A stretch of DNA of 64,000 nt, from contig JBHGNT010000008.1 in assembly GCA_043228905.1 (NCBI GenBank), positions 13,144,001 to 13,208,000 of the forward strand. Reading direction: 5' to 3'. Positions 28,037 through 38,980 of this stretch are shown one piece after another (position 1 is the stretch's first letter; every line of letters begins with the position of its first letter). The position numbers were made by a program, and so were the translations under genes. The notes below the pieces were generated by a model, which did not search any database, was not told the origin of the DNA, and saw only the letters and a program-made list of their open reading frames with translations. The stretch is from Azolla caroliniana. Its lineage: Eukaryota; Plantae; Polypodiophyta.

Positions 28037-28151
28037 TGGAGATATATTTCTCAAAGCAATGTGATATTATGCCCACAACTGGAAGATTATATTTGTTAGA
28101 TAACTTCACTTGTCATGAAATTTACCAAGCGTATAAGGATATGACATGTTA

Positions 28152-28624
28152 TTAGAAAGTGTACCTTATATACAATATCGACATTTTAATCGATTATGGA
28201 GGTTGCAGTTTAACAATGTGGTCATACCGCGTAAGGTTCGAATGGGTGTTTTTTCTGTATGTGCAAGTTTAAAAAGCATGGCAAAGAGTGGGAGAACAGA
28301 TGAAGAAATAAAGAATTATAAGAATGTATTAAAAGAACATCGAGAGAGTCAAGCGTTGGAAATATCTAAATCTATGCACCACTAACAAAAATAGAAAGTG
28401 TACCTTATATACAATATCGACATTTCAATAGATTATGGAGGTTGCAGTTTAACAATGTGCTCATACCGCGTAAGGTCCGAATGGGTGTTTTTTCTGTATG
28501 TGCAAGTTTAAAAAGCATGGCAAAGAGTGGGAGAACAGATGAAGAAATAAAGAATTATAAGAATTTATTAAAAGAACATCGAGAAAGTCAAGCGTTGGAA
28601 ATATCTAAAGTTATGCACCATTGA
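28152..28624 (+). repeat. ~240-bp tandem duplication inside the transposase
   Basis: Duplicated peptide QFNNV.IPRKVRMGVFSVCASLKSMAK..MHH. Confidence 0.93.
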
Positions 28625-30112
28625 CCAAAAGTGCATTAATCACGGGAAAGGTACATGTGCTTGATTATAGATGGCATGGATCATAAGAAGACTTGTTTGC
28701 CACACTTTCGGAAGTTGCCGAAGGATATTGGAGATGAATGTCTAGTACAAATGCACTTAGTAGGTTGTATATCATATTGTCAGATAATAAGGCCTCAAGT
28801 GTTCCTAACTTATCCTAATATCCACGACCGAATCTTACAATAACAGTCATGTAGACAGTTTTACAGACTTGCCAAGGTATTCTCCCGCCAATACTATACG
28901 TGCAACTAGACAACACGACTAGAGAAAACAAAAACTCAATTGTGTTTAGTTATTTAAGCATGCTAGTAGAGAGGGGTATAATCAAAAAGATTAAGGTCAA
29001 CTTCTTACTAGTTGGTCACATGCATGATCATATAGATCAATGTTTAGTAGGTTCTCGAAGAAATTAGCGAGATGTGATGCTTTCACGCTTCCCACACTGT
29101 CAAAGTTGATCATTGAAGCTTATACCCCAACACCTGAAGTACAACATTTGGATGAGGTTTATTATTTTAAACGGTTCTGCATGGATGGTGATGGGACTCT
29201 ATGTAGGGTTTTTGCCCCGCTTAATAATATCAGTTTTAACCACCTCTTTATTATAAAAAGAAGTTCTATAAGCCACAACCAGACATTGTTGTATGCCAAA
29301 CAATACTCATCTAGTTCACAATGGGAGCCACAAGAGGGATGTAGGCTCTTATTGCATTTTCTAGATGCGGCAATCCATGGTGCAGAACAAATGTTTTATG
29401 ACGACGATAAAAGATTGGCTCCTAGTAGTTCGATTGAAGAGAAAAAGATACATTGGATGCAATGCCTTGAAGAGAAACAGAAAAATATTGAGTGCACCAA
29501 GAAGTATGCTGGTGATCAGGATGATGAATGATGGGGTAACTTCTTTAACCATTAGCATACAATTTTAGTTAACCACTTTGCCGGTTATTAGCCACTCCAA
29601 AATCAATTCAAATGGAATATTGGTGGCCCATCAATGGTGACCACGACTAATGTTCAGTCACTAGATAATCCTGACCTGAATAATCTAGTTTGTCCACAAC
29701 AACGAGATATTTATATGGGACCAAGAATATCATGTGTTGCAGAAACGAGATGGCAGGGCAATCTACATGACCTACAAGTTGGTATGTTGGTTGCAACATT
29801 AGCTGGGGATGATGAGTTGGGCCATCCCTTTTGGATTGGTAAAATCACCAAAATTATTAAGGATGAACAAAGCAATCAAGTTATCTTCATTGTGGTTCAT
29901 TGGTACCATACCTCTTCCCCAAATGCATTTTCTGGGAAGTACTCTTTAGAGATGGTTAAGGATGTCAGAGGCACAAACTAAAAGCGAAAAAAGAAAAAAT
30001 CTACCGAGCATGTCTACTCTAACACTTGATAATGTAGACAGACTAGTGTATGACTTCTCCTTTTAAGACAGACCACAATCAAGATAAAAAAAGAGAAGAT
30101 CCCAGATGTGCC

Positions 30113-32534
30113 TGTTGTTGAGACAAGGCCGTCAATGCGGAAGATCTAGAAGCATTCGATTCTGTTTGAAACCTGCGTATGACAGTTTCCAAGATCGTGC
30201 AGAGAGAGAGAGAGAGAGACACACACAAAAGAGTCTTTCTATTCAAATAGAAACAATAATACAACCAACCTCTCAAAAGAGGTTACAATGTCACTTTATA
30301 TAGTGACCGACTTAGGGCAACTATCGTTTATGCTAATTACACAAATGGCCCAAACTTAAGCTATACAAAGGGGTAGTGTGAATACGTCCATTATACACTT
30401 GTATTCGACACTCCCCCGTAATGGGCGTATACATGGGTTATCTAAGATTACAGGTATAAACCTATGTTCTCGGACATATCAGTTTTGTTCGAGTCGGCAG
30501 GGTCCGAAGGCAGAAGACCGGACTAGTCGGGTCGGAAGAGTTGAAGCCGATCATTAAGGAACTGATGTCGGTTGTCGGAAACCATCCTGCGCTGTGTCCG
30601 GCTCTAACCGGACTAGTTTGTCGTTACGCCCATCTGATGCCGAAGAGACCGAAAGCGGTCTGCCGAAAGACACTTGGTCATTCCATCTGCGACATTGTCG
30701 GTTGTGGATATTTTCTCTAGACCGATTTTCCCTGAAATGACGCAGTCCCGAACGAAGTGATATCGAACGTCGATATGTTTGGAGGCGTTGTGGTGAACCG
30801 GATTTTTCGACAGGGCAACAGCACCTTGACTGTCGCTATAGACAACTGGGGCCGAGTCATGGTCGACTTGCCGAAACGTGTGCGCCAGCCGGCCGAGCCA
30901 CAAAGCTTCTTTTGCAGCGTCGGACGCAGCTACATATTCTGCTTCGGTCGTTGAGGTCGCTGTGCACTCCTGAAGTTTCGACTTCCACGAAATTGCTCCA
31001 TTGCCGAATTTGAAGCAGTATCCAGTTGTTGATTTCCGACTGTCTATACAGCCGGCGAAATCCGAGTCGGTGTAACCGACTACGCCTGAGGTTCGGTTTG
31101 GACCGAAAAGAATGCCGTGGTCTTTTGTGCCAGCCAGATATCTGAACACATGCTTGACTGCGTTCCAATGCGATCGGCCAGGATTGTGCATAAATCTGCT
31201 AACGACTCCTACGGCATGAGAGATATCAGGCCGTGTCGCGACCATCAGGTACATAAGGGAGCCGACTGCCGGTGCATACGGTACCGACTTCATATCTTCC
31301 CCCTCCGGGCCGGATGTCGGGCAGTCTCGCTGAGAGAGCCGAAGATTCATGGGGAGCGGGGTTGAAGCAGATTTGGCTGATTGCATGTTGAAGCGTTCCA
31401 AGACACGTCCGATATAGTCGGTCTGAGACAAAAAAAGATGTCTTTTATCGCGGTGCCGACTAATCTTCATGCCAAGTATGTGTCGTGCCGGACCGAGGTC
31501 CTTCATGGCAAACTTCAACCGCAGTTGCCGAATGAGATCGGCAAGTTCGCCCGCGTGGCGTCCAGAAATTAGCATGTCGTCCACGTAAATGATGAGGAAG
31601 ATGGGTGATCCATCTTGAGCTGTGGTGGTAAAAAGACAATGGTCCTCATCGCTTTTTGAGAAGCCGATCGATTGGATGAAGTCATCGAACTTCTTGTACC
31701 ATTGTCGCGGTGCCTGTTTGAGGCCGTATAGACTCTTCCTGAGCCGGCAGACTAGATGTTCTTGGCCCGTTGCCACGAAGCCTTTTGGCTGCTCCATATA
31801 AATTTCCTCTTCAAGATCACCATGGAGGAAGGCTGTTTTGACATCTAGCTGAATCAGCTCCAAGTTGTCGGCTGCCACTACGCCGAGTAGAAAACGAAGG
31901 GTTGTCATTTTCACCACTGGTGAAAAAATCTCGTCGAAGTCGACGCCATATTCTTGTCGGAAGCCCTTCGCAACTAATCTGGCCTTGTACTTTGGGGTGG
32001 TCGAATCAGACGTCTCTTTTAGTCGATAAACCCACTTGCAAGGAAGAGCACGTCGATTCTTAGGTAATTCGACCAGGTCCCAAGTCTTGTTTGCCCGAAT
32101 GGAGAGCATTTCCGACTCCATCGCCAGATGCCAGGTGGCTGAATCGACAGATGTCGATGCTTCTTCGTAAGACGTCGGTTCGCCGACGTCGGTGAAGAAA
32201 ATTCCCGGAGAATACCTCTCCGGAGGTTGCGACAGTCTCTCGGATGAGACAAGGCCGTCAATGCGGAAGATCTAGAAGCATTCGATTCTGTTTGAAACCT
32301 GCGTATGACAGTTTCCAAGATCGTGCACAGAGAGAGAGAGAGAGACACACAAAAGAGTCTTTCTATTCAAATAGAAACAATAATACAACCAACCTCTCAA
32401 AAGAGGTTACAATGTCACTTTATATAGTGACCGACTTAGGGCAACTATCGTTTATGCTAATTACACAAATGGCCCAAACTTAAGCTATACAAAGGGATAG
32501 TGTGAATACGTCCATTATACACTTGTATTCGACA
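30113..32534 (-). mobile_element. Young, internally deleted Copia element
   Basis: LTRs 30113-30410 and 32245-32534 are nearly identical; TSD GTGCC; PPT adjacent to 30411; PBS, gag, protease and integrase are absent. Confidence 0.95.
30613..32121 (-). CDS. Intact Copia RT-RNase H ORF (502 aa)
   Basis: YKARLVAKGF, QLDVKTAFLHG, LYGLKQAPRQW, IYVDDML, GYTDSDFAG, KHIDVRYHF, ADGMTK. Confidence 0.95.
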   Translation of the reverse strand: MESEMLSIRANKTWDLVELPKNRRALPCKWVYRLKETSDSTTPKYKARLVAKGFRQEYGVDFDEIFSPVVKMTTLRFLLGVVAADNLELIQLDVKTAFLHGDLEEEIYMEQPKGFVATGQEHLVCRLRKSLYGLKQAPRQWYKKFDDFIQSIGFSKSDEDHCLFTTTAQDGSPIFLIIYVDDMLISGRHAGELADLIRQLRLKFAMKDLGPARHILGMKISRHRDKRHLFLSQTDYIGRVLERFNMQSAKSASTPLPMNLRLSQRDCPTSGPEGEDMKSVPYAPAVGSLMYLMVATRPDISHAVGVVSRFMHNPGRSHWNAVKHVFRYLAGTKDHGILFGPNRTSGVVGYTDSDFAGCIDSRKSTTGYCFKFGNGAISWKSKLQECTATSTTEAEYVAASDAAKEALWLGRLAHTFRQVDHDSAPVVYSDSQGAVALSKNPVHHNASKHIDVRYHFVRDCVISGKIGLEKISTTDNVADGMTKCLSADRFRSLRHQMGVTTN

Positions 32535-33195
32535 GTGCCTCCCGATGCAACACAGAGACGAACAAGGAGTATGTCTCATGATTACGGTGACATTGGATTG
32601 CAATTGGATGAAAACAATGTGTTGGTTGCTAGTGATGATGAGGATGGGACCTCACAAAGCTCTTCTAGTTCATCAGATGGGTCTAAAGGGGAAGGCATAG
32701 CTTTGGGAACTGATAGTTCTGATACATGATTTGTAAATATTGCATTTTACATCAAGATGTTGATTCTTCAATATGTACAAATATATGTGGTAAGCCTTTT
32801 GTAAAATTTGTACATTCTTTTGTAACTTTCACGTGTCAATTATTTAGGCAATTTTTGGAAGCCCTAAAATTTTGGGCATGCTAGAAATCAATATATTTTG
32901 GGTCGTTTTTAAAAAATCTTTACATATGCGGCACCCCTTTTTGTTTTACGACCTATTTTGTGCATTGTTTTTATGGACAGTTCATAAAATGCGACATATT
33001 ACCTGTTTCTAATGACCCAATGTTATATGATTTGCAAATTGCAACTAATCTCGAGTCTTTATAAAGTTGGATTTTTTAGAAGAATATAATTTGTTGAGAA
33101 TCAAACTCAATTTCCCGTGAGTGGGAACACACTCTAGGATACTCAAGTGTGTGACCACCCCACCTCCTTGTATAGTAACTAGTGAGCTCTCTCTC

Positions 33196-34957
33196 TTTTT
33201 TTTCTTCTTTTTTTTCTTTTTTCCGTAAATGTATGTTTATATTAAAACAACATGATAATACAAAAAAACCTTGCTATCAAAACTACGTCAAAGGTAGCGA
33301 TGTGGCAAGGACAACCTTCTAAGGCGTTGTAGTACAAAGCAACACAAATGTAACTCATTTGGGAACAAAGTTCCCATACAACATAATTGTGAAAATTGCC
33401 AAATCAACTTTCCTCTTATCCTACATATCTGTTGAGATACTCTAGAAAGCCCATCAAATAAGAAACCATTCCACAAGTTCCAAATATACCACATGCCCAA
33501 ATACCGCAAATAATCAAACACAAACTTATACTCTGGGGATGGTAAAACTCTATCACCTTCAATGAAAACCCATTGAAAAGGTGACAAAACATTTCTAGTT
33601 AATGACCCCCATAGTTGTGATATACCTATCCATATACTTTTAGTAACAGGGCAAGATATAAACTTGTGTCAAGAATCTTCATCAACCTTCGTACAAAAGA
33701 CACATGTACCACGACCAATGTGTCTTCATTTTAAAGCCCTAGCCAAAGGTAACCCACCAACCATAGCACGCCAAAGAAACACCTTTGCATGGAAAGGAAG
33801 ATGAGACTTCCATATTGCATCTAAAAGTCTAGCACACCATTCACTTCCACGGATAATGTGCCATGTATCCAAAACCTTGCTCTATACCCAAACTCTATCC
33901 TTAACCAACTTATGGTAAACATCATTTGTGTTCACTGCAAATAATGATTTCTTGTTATAAAAAAACCAATCTCTTCGCGGTTCCACCACCACCAATTGTG
34001 GAATCGGTGATGATAAAATAGGCAATTGTACTATTGTTTGCCAAATCTGACCATATCCTAGAGGTATATGAAATCTACTTCTCACCGTTCGAAAAGCCAT
34101 CATCTGCCTCTGTGACTCTAAAATACCATCCTCCACAATTACCAAACCTAGTTTTGCCATTCTATTAAACTTTGACTTTAAGCTGTCTTTTCCATCCCAT
34201 TGTAATAATCTTGAAGATGTTATCACCTCTATTGGCAAAGAGTTGCAATCTTATCTACAATCACTTCAAACTTTTTTGCCAAGAGACCACTAAATGTTGA
34301 ACAATAGTAGATGTTGAACATCTAAATGATCGAGTGTTATTAATAATATGCCACCATGAAGTTCTAATTTTTGTTTTACCATGTTGTATCCCCACTTTCT
34401 CCACAAAATAACAAATTATCTTAGCCCATGGTTGAGAACCTGAACACATCTCTTTCAAGAGACTAAACATTCGAGCAACCAGATGATCTTCCAAATTTAG
34501 TAAACCAGCTCATCCTAAATGTTTCAGGGTACATATATGAAGCCATGAACCCAACTGATACCAATGTTGGACTCTTTCTTCCATAACATATACCTAAAAG
34601 CACGAGCCAAGTGACCAAGTGATTTCTTTATCTAAGGTAACAAAGGCAAAAAATATGAAATCATCGGAATCATAATTGCTTGCACCACTTTGAGACGAGT
34701 AGCAAACGACCAAGCTTGGGACTTCCAATATATAAATTTATCTGCTATGGTCCCAAAAATCCAAGTTAGGCTTTGATTTGGTGAAATATCCACACCAATC
34801 GGGTAGCCCATATGCCGACAAATGTTCCCTTTATCTAATATTCGGCCACTCCAACCAAGATTAACCAAATCTTCTTCAGTGCATCTAATCAACAATGACT
34901 TGTGCATATTAATATGTAAACCTGATGCTAAGGCAAACACCTTCCACACACACACAC
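33196..34957 (-). mobile_element. 5'-truncated L1-clade LINE inserted in the (CT)n tract of the Copia LTR
   Basis: A-rich tail at 33196-33222; SGLHINMHKS..HMGYPIG RT C-terminus; zf-RVT-like KVFLWR..CVFC....ED..H.FISC. Confidence 0.85.
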
Positions 34958-35165
34958 TCTCTCTCTCTCTCCACACACACACACAATTCTTCCGTTGCAC
35001 AGAATCCATGAGACTCTTTATATGGTATCAGTGTGAGTGGTTGCTTGATCAAAGCCCATCACCTCTGCGTGTGTTGTGCCCAGTTCCGCGTTCGACAAGA
35101 ACCAATTGATCACTGTAGCAACCATCTACACAGTTCGCATCAAGAAGAAGAAGAAGAAGCTCAAC

Positions 35166-36793
35166 ATGAACACACAAATGGGAAGCGCTCTTCCTACTGA
35201 AAAGCTCGACAGAAACAACTTTGCATCTTGGGAGTACAAGATGCACCAATACCTTGTCGACCAAGGCTATTGGAGTTATGTCAAAGGGGCAAACGAGAAT
35301 CAACCCAACCCCACATGCCGACTACCCAGCTTGGGAGCATGCGGCGAGTCGTGTGTTGTACTACCTTGCATCATGCATCTATGATCACATGCTCGGCTAC
35401 ATCTGAGAGGCCAAAACATTGAAGGAGGTGTGGGGGAACCTCAAGAAGATTTTCATGGCCAACACGACCGCAAGGAAGCTTCAACTCCATCAAGAGTTGA
35501 ACGACATACAACAAAGGGATATGTCAATCAGAAGCTACACCTTGAAGATCAAGGAGTTGTGCAATGCCCTTAGGTCGACCAATGTTAGCATTGACGACGA
35601 TGAAATGGTGCAAATTAGCCTCAGAGGCTAAGCACATTGGTTCAGGGCCATTTGGTCGGCTATCCTCGCGAGAGAGAATCCTCTCTCCTTTTTCGATCTC
35701 TAGTTGATGTTGTTGGTCGAGGAGAATCATGTTCGAACAAGAAGCAATGCACAAGAAGGACAAATTCTCTATTCAAATATCGATGGAGGAAGAGGACAAG
35801 GTCAGGGAAGAAGAGGCTGATTTGGCCAAGACCGACACAACCTAGAGCAACCCCGAGAACACAACTTCTATTACTGACAAGACATCTCGAACATGCGAGG
35901 CGGAGCGTTCGGAAGAAGGGGGAGCAATCAGGTTGGACCCAGCCAACAAAAAAATCTCGCTCAGTGCGGATACTATGGTAAATTCGGCCACTATGAGGCA
36001 GAGTGTCGAAAAAAGAAGAGTGAGTCGGCCTCCACAAGCCGACAACTCACAAACTACGCCTCCAACTCCAACTACAAGTCGATAATCATGGTGGAATGTT
36101 TGTGATGAGGCACAGAGTGCACTCAATGATAGCCTCAATCACGACCAACACCTCCAAACTAGAAGATGTATGGTTTGTCGACTCAGGCGCATCGAACCAC
36201 ATGACATCCCACGAGGATTGGTTCAAGGAGCTACGAAAGCCCGAACGACCCGGTTATGTGGAAACTGGGGATGACACAATTCACCCCATTCAGCATTTCG
36301 GCAATGTCCCATTTGGGGAAGAAGGCAACCAAACATACATCAAGAACGTTTTGCATGTTCCTACAATAACAAAGAACATGGTCTTAGTTGGCCAAATAGT
36401 TGAACAAGGCATGCAAGTCTGTTTCAACGATGGAGCATGCTTCATCGAAAAAGAAGGTTGACTCATCGTTAGTGGTCGAAGAGAAGGTCAAATGTTCATC
36501 CTCGACTCTCATGAGATGAACTCGGCAATGTATGCCAAGGGCCAAAGAGCTGACGCCGACATAGAGTTGTGGCACAAGCGAATTGGTCACATTAACCTCC
36601 AAAATCTTAGAGGAATGCAATCGAAAGGAGTCATCTTCGAACTTCCGACTTTTACCGAAAAGGAGAAAGCAAGCATGTGCGAAGCTTGCCAATTCGGCAA
36701 ACAACATCATCAACCATTCTAAGAGGAGAGGAACGTAAGCAAAGGGATCCTAGATGTAATACACTTAGATGTATGGGGACTAGCCCAAACGGC
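35166..36793 (+). pseudogene. Copia gag, protease and start of integrase
   Basis: EKLDRNNFASW; zinc knuckle CGYYGKFGHYEAEC; WFVDSGASNHMT; LWHKRIGH..CEAC; IHLDVWG. Confidence 0.92.
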
Positions 36794-37285
36794 TGTTGTA
36801 CGTTTTAGGGTTAGGGTTAATGGTAATGATGATTATTGATGATGAAGATAGACATGGTGTAATAATGAAGATGATGGAGAGTATGATGGTGAGAGAGATC
36901 ATGAAGATGTTGACAAGCTTTGAGAAACATTGTGGGGTGGGGGGTGGTGCCTAGAATGGCTCCACCCCCCTCCCAAGGGGGTTCAACGCTAAGGGGAGAG
37001 AGAGAGAGAAAAAGATGACAAGAGAGAGATTGAGAGAGAAAATGATCATTGTATTCATTCATTCCCCATAAGGGGTTAAATAGGTACAAAAGGGTAGATG
37101 CACAAGGGTGTAAGCCCCTTGGGCATTCACACCTAGTCACTCACTCACACCTCTTTGTATCCATCACACTCACACTTACATTCACACTCATAATCGTATA
37201 AGATTACACATACATATCAACACATTACATCTTTCACCCTCACTTATCACAGTTATCGATCACCTGTACATCTCGTATGGTAACA
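36794..37285 (+). repeat. 5' LTR
   Basis: Direct repeat of 41989-42459. Confidence 0.93.
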
Positions 37286-37290
37286 CAATA

Positions 37291-37306
37291 TGGCACGCCT
37301 GTGGGA
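37291..37306 (+). promoter_or_regulatory. Putative PBS (tRNA-Arg type, as in Tat-lineage Gypsy)
   Basis: TGGCACGCCTGTGGGA, 5 nt after the LTR; tRNA identity is from recall. Confidence 0.6.
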
Positions 37307-37377
37307 GAGTGCCTTGCACGTCGATCCCACATGCCTTGATCATAATCTTTCTTCGACCAGAATTTCCATCAGTCCTC

Positions 37378-37600
37378 TCAACGATTGACTCCCTCAATCG
37401 GAGCGCTTGACTCGAACATCTTTGTCGGTCAACGAATCTTCATCGACACAAACATTCTCGTTCTGTCGTTCACGAACTTCGGTAACATCAACGATCAACT
37501 CCCTCGATCGGAGCGCTTGACTCGAACATCTCCGTCAGTCAACGAATCTTCATCGACATGAACATTCCCGTTCTGTCGGTTCATGAACTTTGGTAACATC
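37378..37600 (+). repeat. 2 x ~111-bp tandem repeat in the leader of the LTR element
   Basis: actccctc.atcggagcgcttgactcgaacatc...ggtaacatca occurs twice. Confidence 0.85.
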
Positions 37601-38498
37601 ATTTGGGTCGTCAAAAAAACGTTGTATGTATGTGTGTTCTTCTTTGTATCTTGCAAGTCACGTGTGGATCGCGTCCATTTCTTTTAGGTTCATGAGTTTT
37701 TGAAATTCCGTAGGTGCCCTTTGATTTTTAAAATTTTAATTATGTACCCTTATGTTTTTAAAGTTATGCTTGATACCCCTTAAATGTTTTAAAATTTCAT
37801 GGATGCTTTTTATCCTTCTCTTTTTCTCCCACTCTTTTCTTTTCAGTTTCATTTTGTTATTATTTTAGATTTTCTTTTAGGTCGTTTTTCTCCCTTTTTG
37901 TGTTTATTATTATATTTAGTTATTTTTTCCCCTTGAATTCTGCTTCCAACGAGAAGCATTTTTACTTCATCCTTGGTCTCTTCTTCTTCTTTCTTGTGTC
38001 TTCTCCTTTCTTCTTTATTCTTCTCTATCTTTTTCTCTTAGTCGATGGATGCTCTTTGCTTCTCTTCACCTACACGGGCAATCGTTCACATCTTCGTCAA
38101 TCTTCTCATAGGGCGTTTCTTATGTCTCCTCCTCTCACACTCTTGCCTCTCGACAAACCCTAATTTTTCTACTCAATCTTTCTATGAAATAGTTTTGTCA
38201 TCTTCATTCATCTTCAGCCATGGCTGCTTTCTGTTTCTTTCTTTCTTGTTGTCGTCATTGTCATGTGGTTGTTCTCATCATCGTCTTTGTCGCTTCGTCC
38301 ATTGTTGTATGTCTATCTGGCCTCGCCGTTGTTCGGCATCTCCATCTGGTCTGCTGTCTTTGGTCCCTCTTTCATTCTCTAATCTATAGACTGAATAGTC
38401 TAAAACCAAGGAGTGCATGCTATGGTTCTCGACAAAACTATTGGATGGAGGGTAAATACCAAAAGAAAGGAAATGAGAAATGTGTAAGAGTAGAGTAG

Positions 38499-38536
<38 letters not shown>

Positions 38537-38568
38537 GAGAGAGAGAATTGAGACAACTTATATTATGG

Positions 38569-38624
38569 AAGGCCTTATTACAAACTAGTTTCGTTCATAC
38601 GAGCTCATCAGTGCAATAGGCCTT
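38569..38624 (-). ncRNA. Type I minimal hammerhead ribozyme
   Basis: Minus strand: AAGGCCUAUUGCA-CUGAUGA-GCUCguauGAAC-GAAA-CUAG-UU-UGUAAUAAGGCCUU. Core boxes are intact, stem I pairs, stem II has one mismatch, and the stem III region is palindromic (AAACUAGUUU). Confidence 0.88.
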
Positions 38625-38980
38625 GTTTTTACAATATATATATATATATATATATATATTGAAGATGGGGTAAGAGAGAGGGGGGGTGTGATGAGTGCAT
38701 ATAACGAGTGTGTGGTAGTGGAAGAGTGAGAGTAACGACATGTAGAGAGAGAGAGAGATTTAAATGTCTATCGAGGGTAGTTAAGGGGTATAAAAGGGTA
38801 TGTTTTACGGGGATGTGATGTAAGGTGAGTTGATATAATTGGGGTGATAAGGAATAATGAGGGTAATAAGGGGAGAGTATGATAATGTATTATAAGAGGG
38901 TACTAAAGGAGGATAAGGGGATGCTAGGGATAGATTATGGGATAAGTAAGGGTGGTGGGGTGGGTGGGGATCTAGTAAAT

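Larger units (their letters stand above)
16051..32729 (+). pseudogene. Sola1/DUF7869-like DDE transposase in four segments (16051-16241, 24353-24868, 28037-30112, 32535-32729)
   Basis: KPCCGNLCL..YLSLNGEEQDTF; FSKQCDIMPTTGRLYL; FNRLWRLQFNNVVIP; CLIIDGMD; LYVQLDNTTRENKN; FLLVGHMHDHIDQMFSRFS. Reading frames rejoin across each TSD. Confidence 0.85.

Noticed and set aside
36803-36818. TTTAGGGTTAGGG telomere-like motif at the start of both LTRs
   Set aside because: Only two units, part of the LTR rather than a PLE junction; similar telo-box motifs occur in the unrelated LTR at ~13400.
36794-37285. Reading the direct repeats as Penelope pseudo-LTRs
   Set aside because: They have TG..CA ends, a 5-bp TSD and a PBS-like motif, and contain neither the hammerhead nor RT 3' sequence, so they look like true LTRs.
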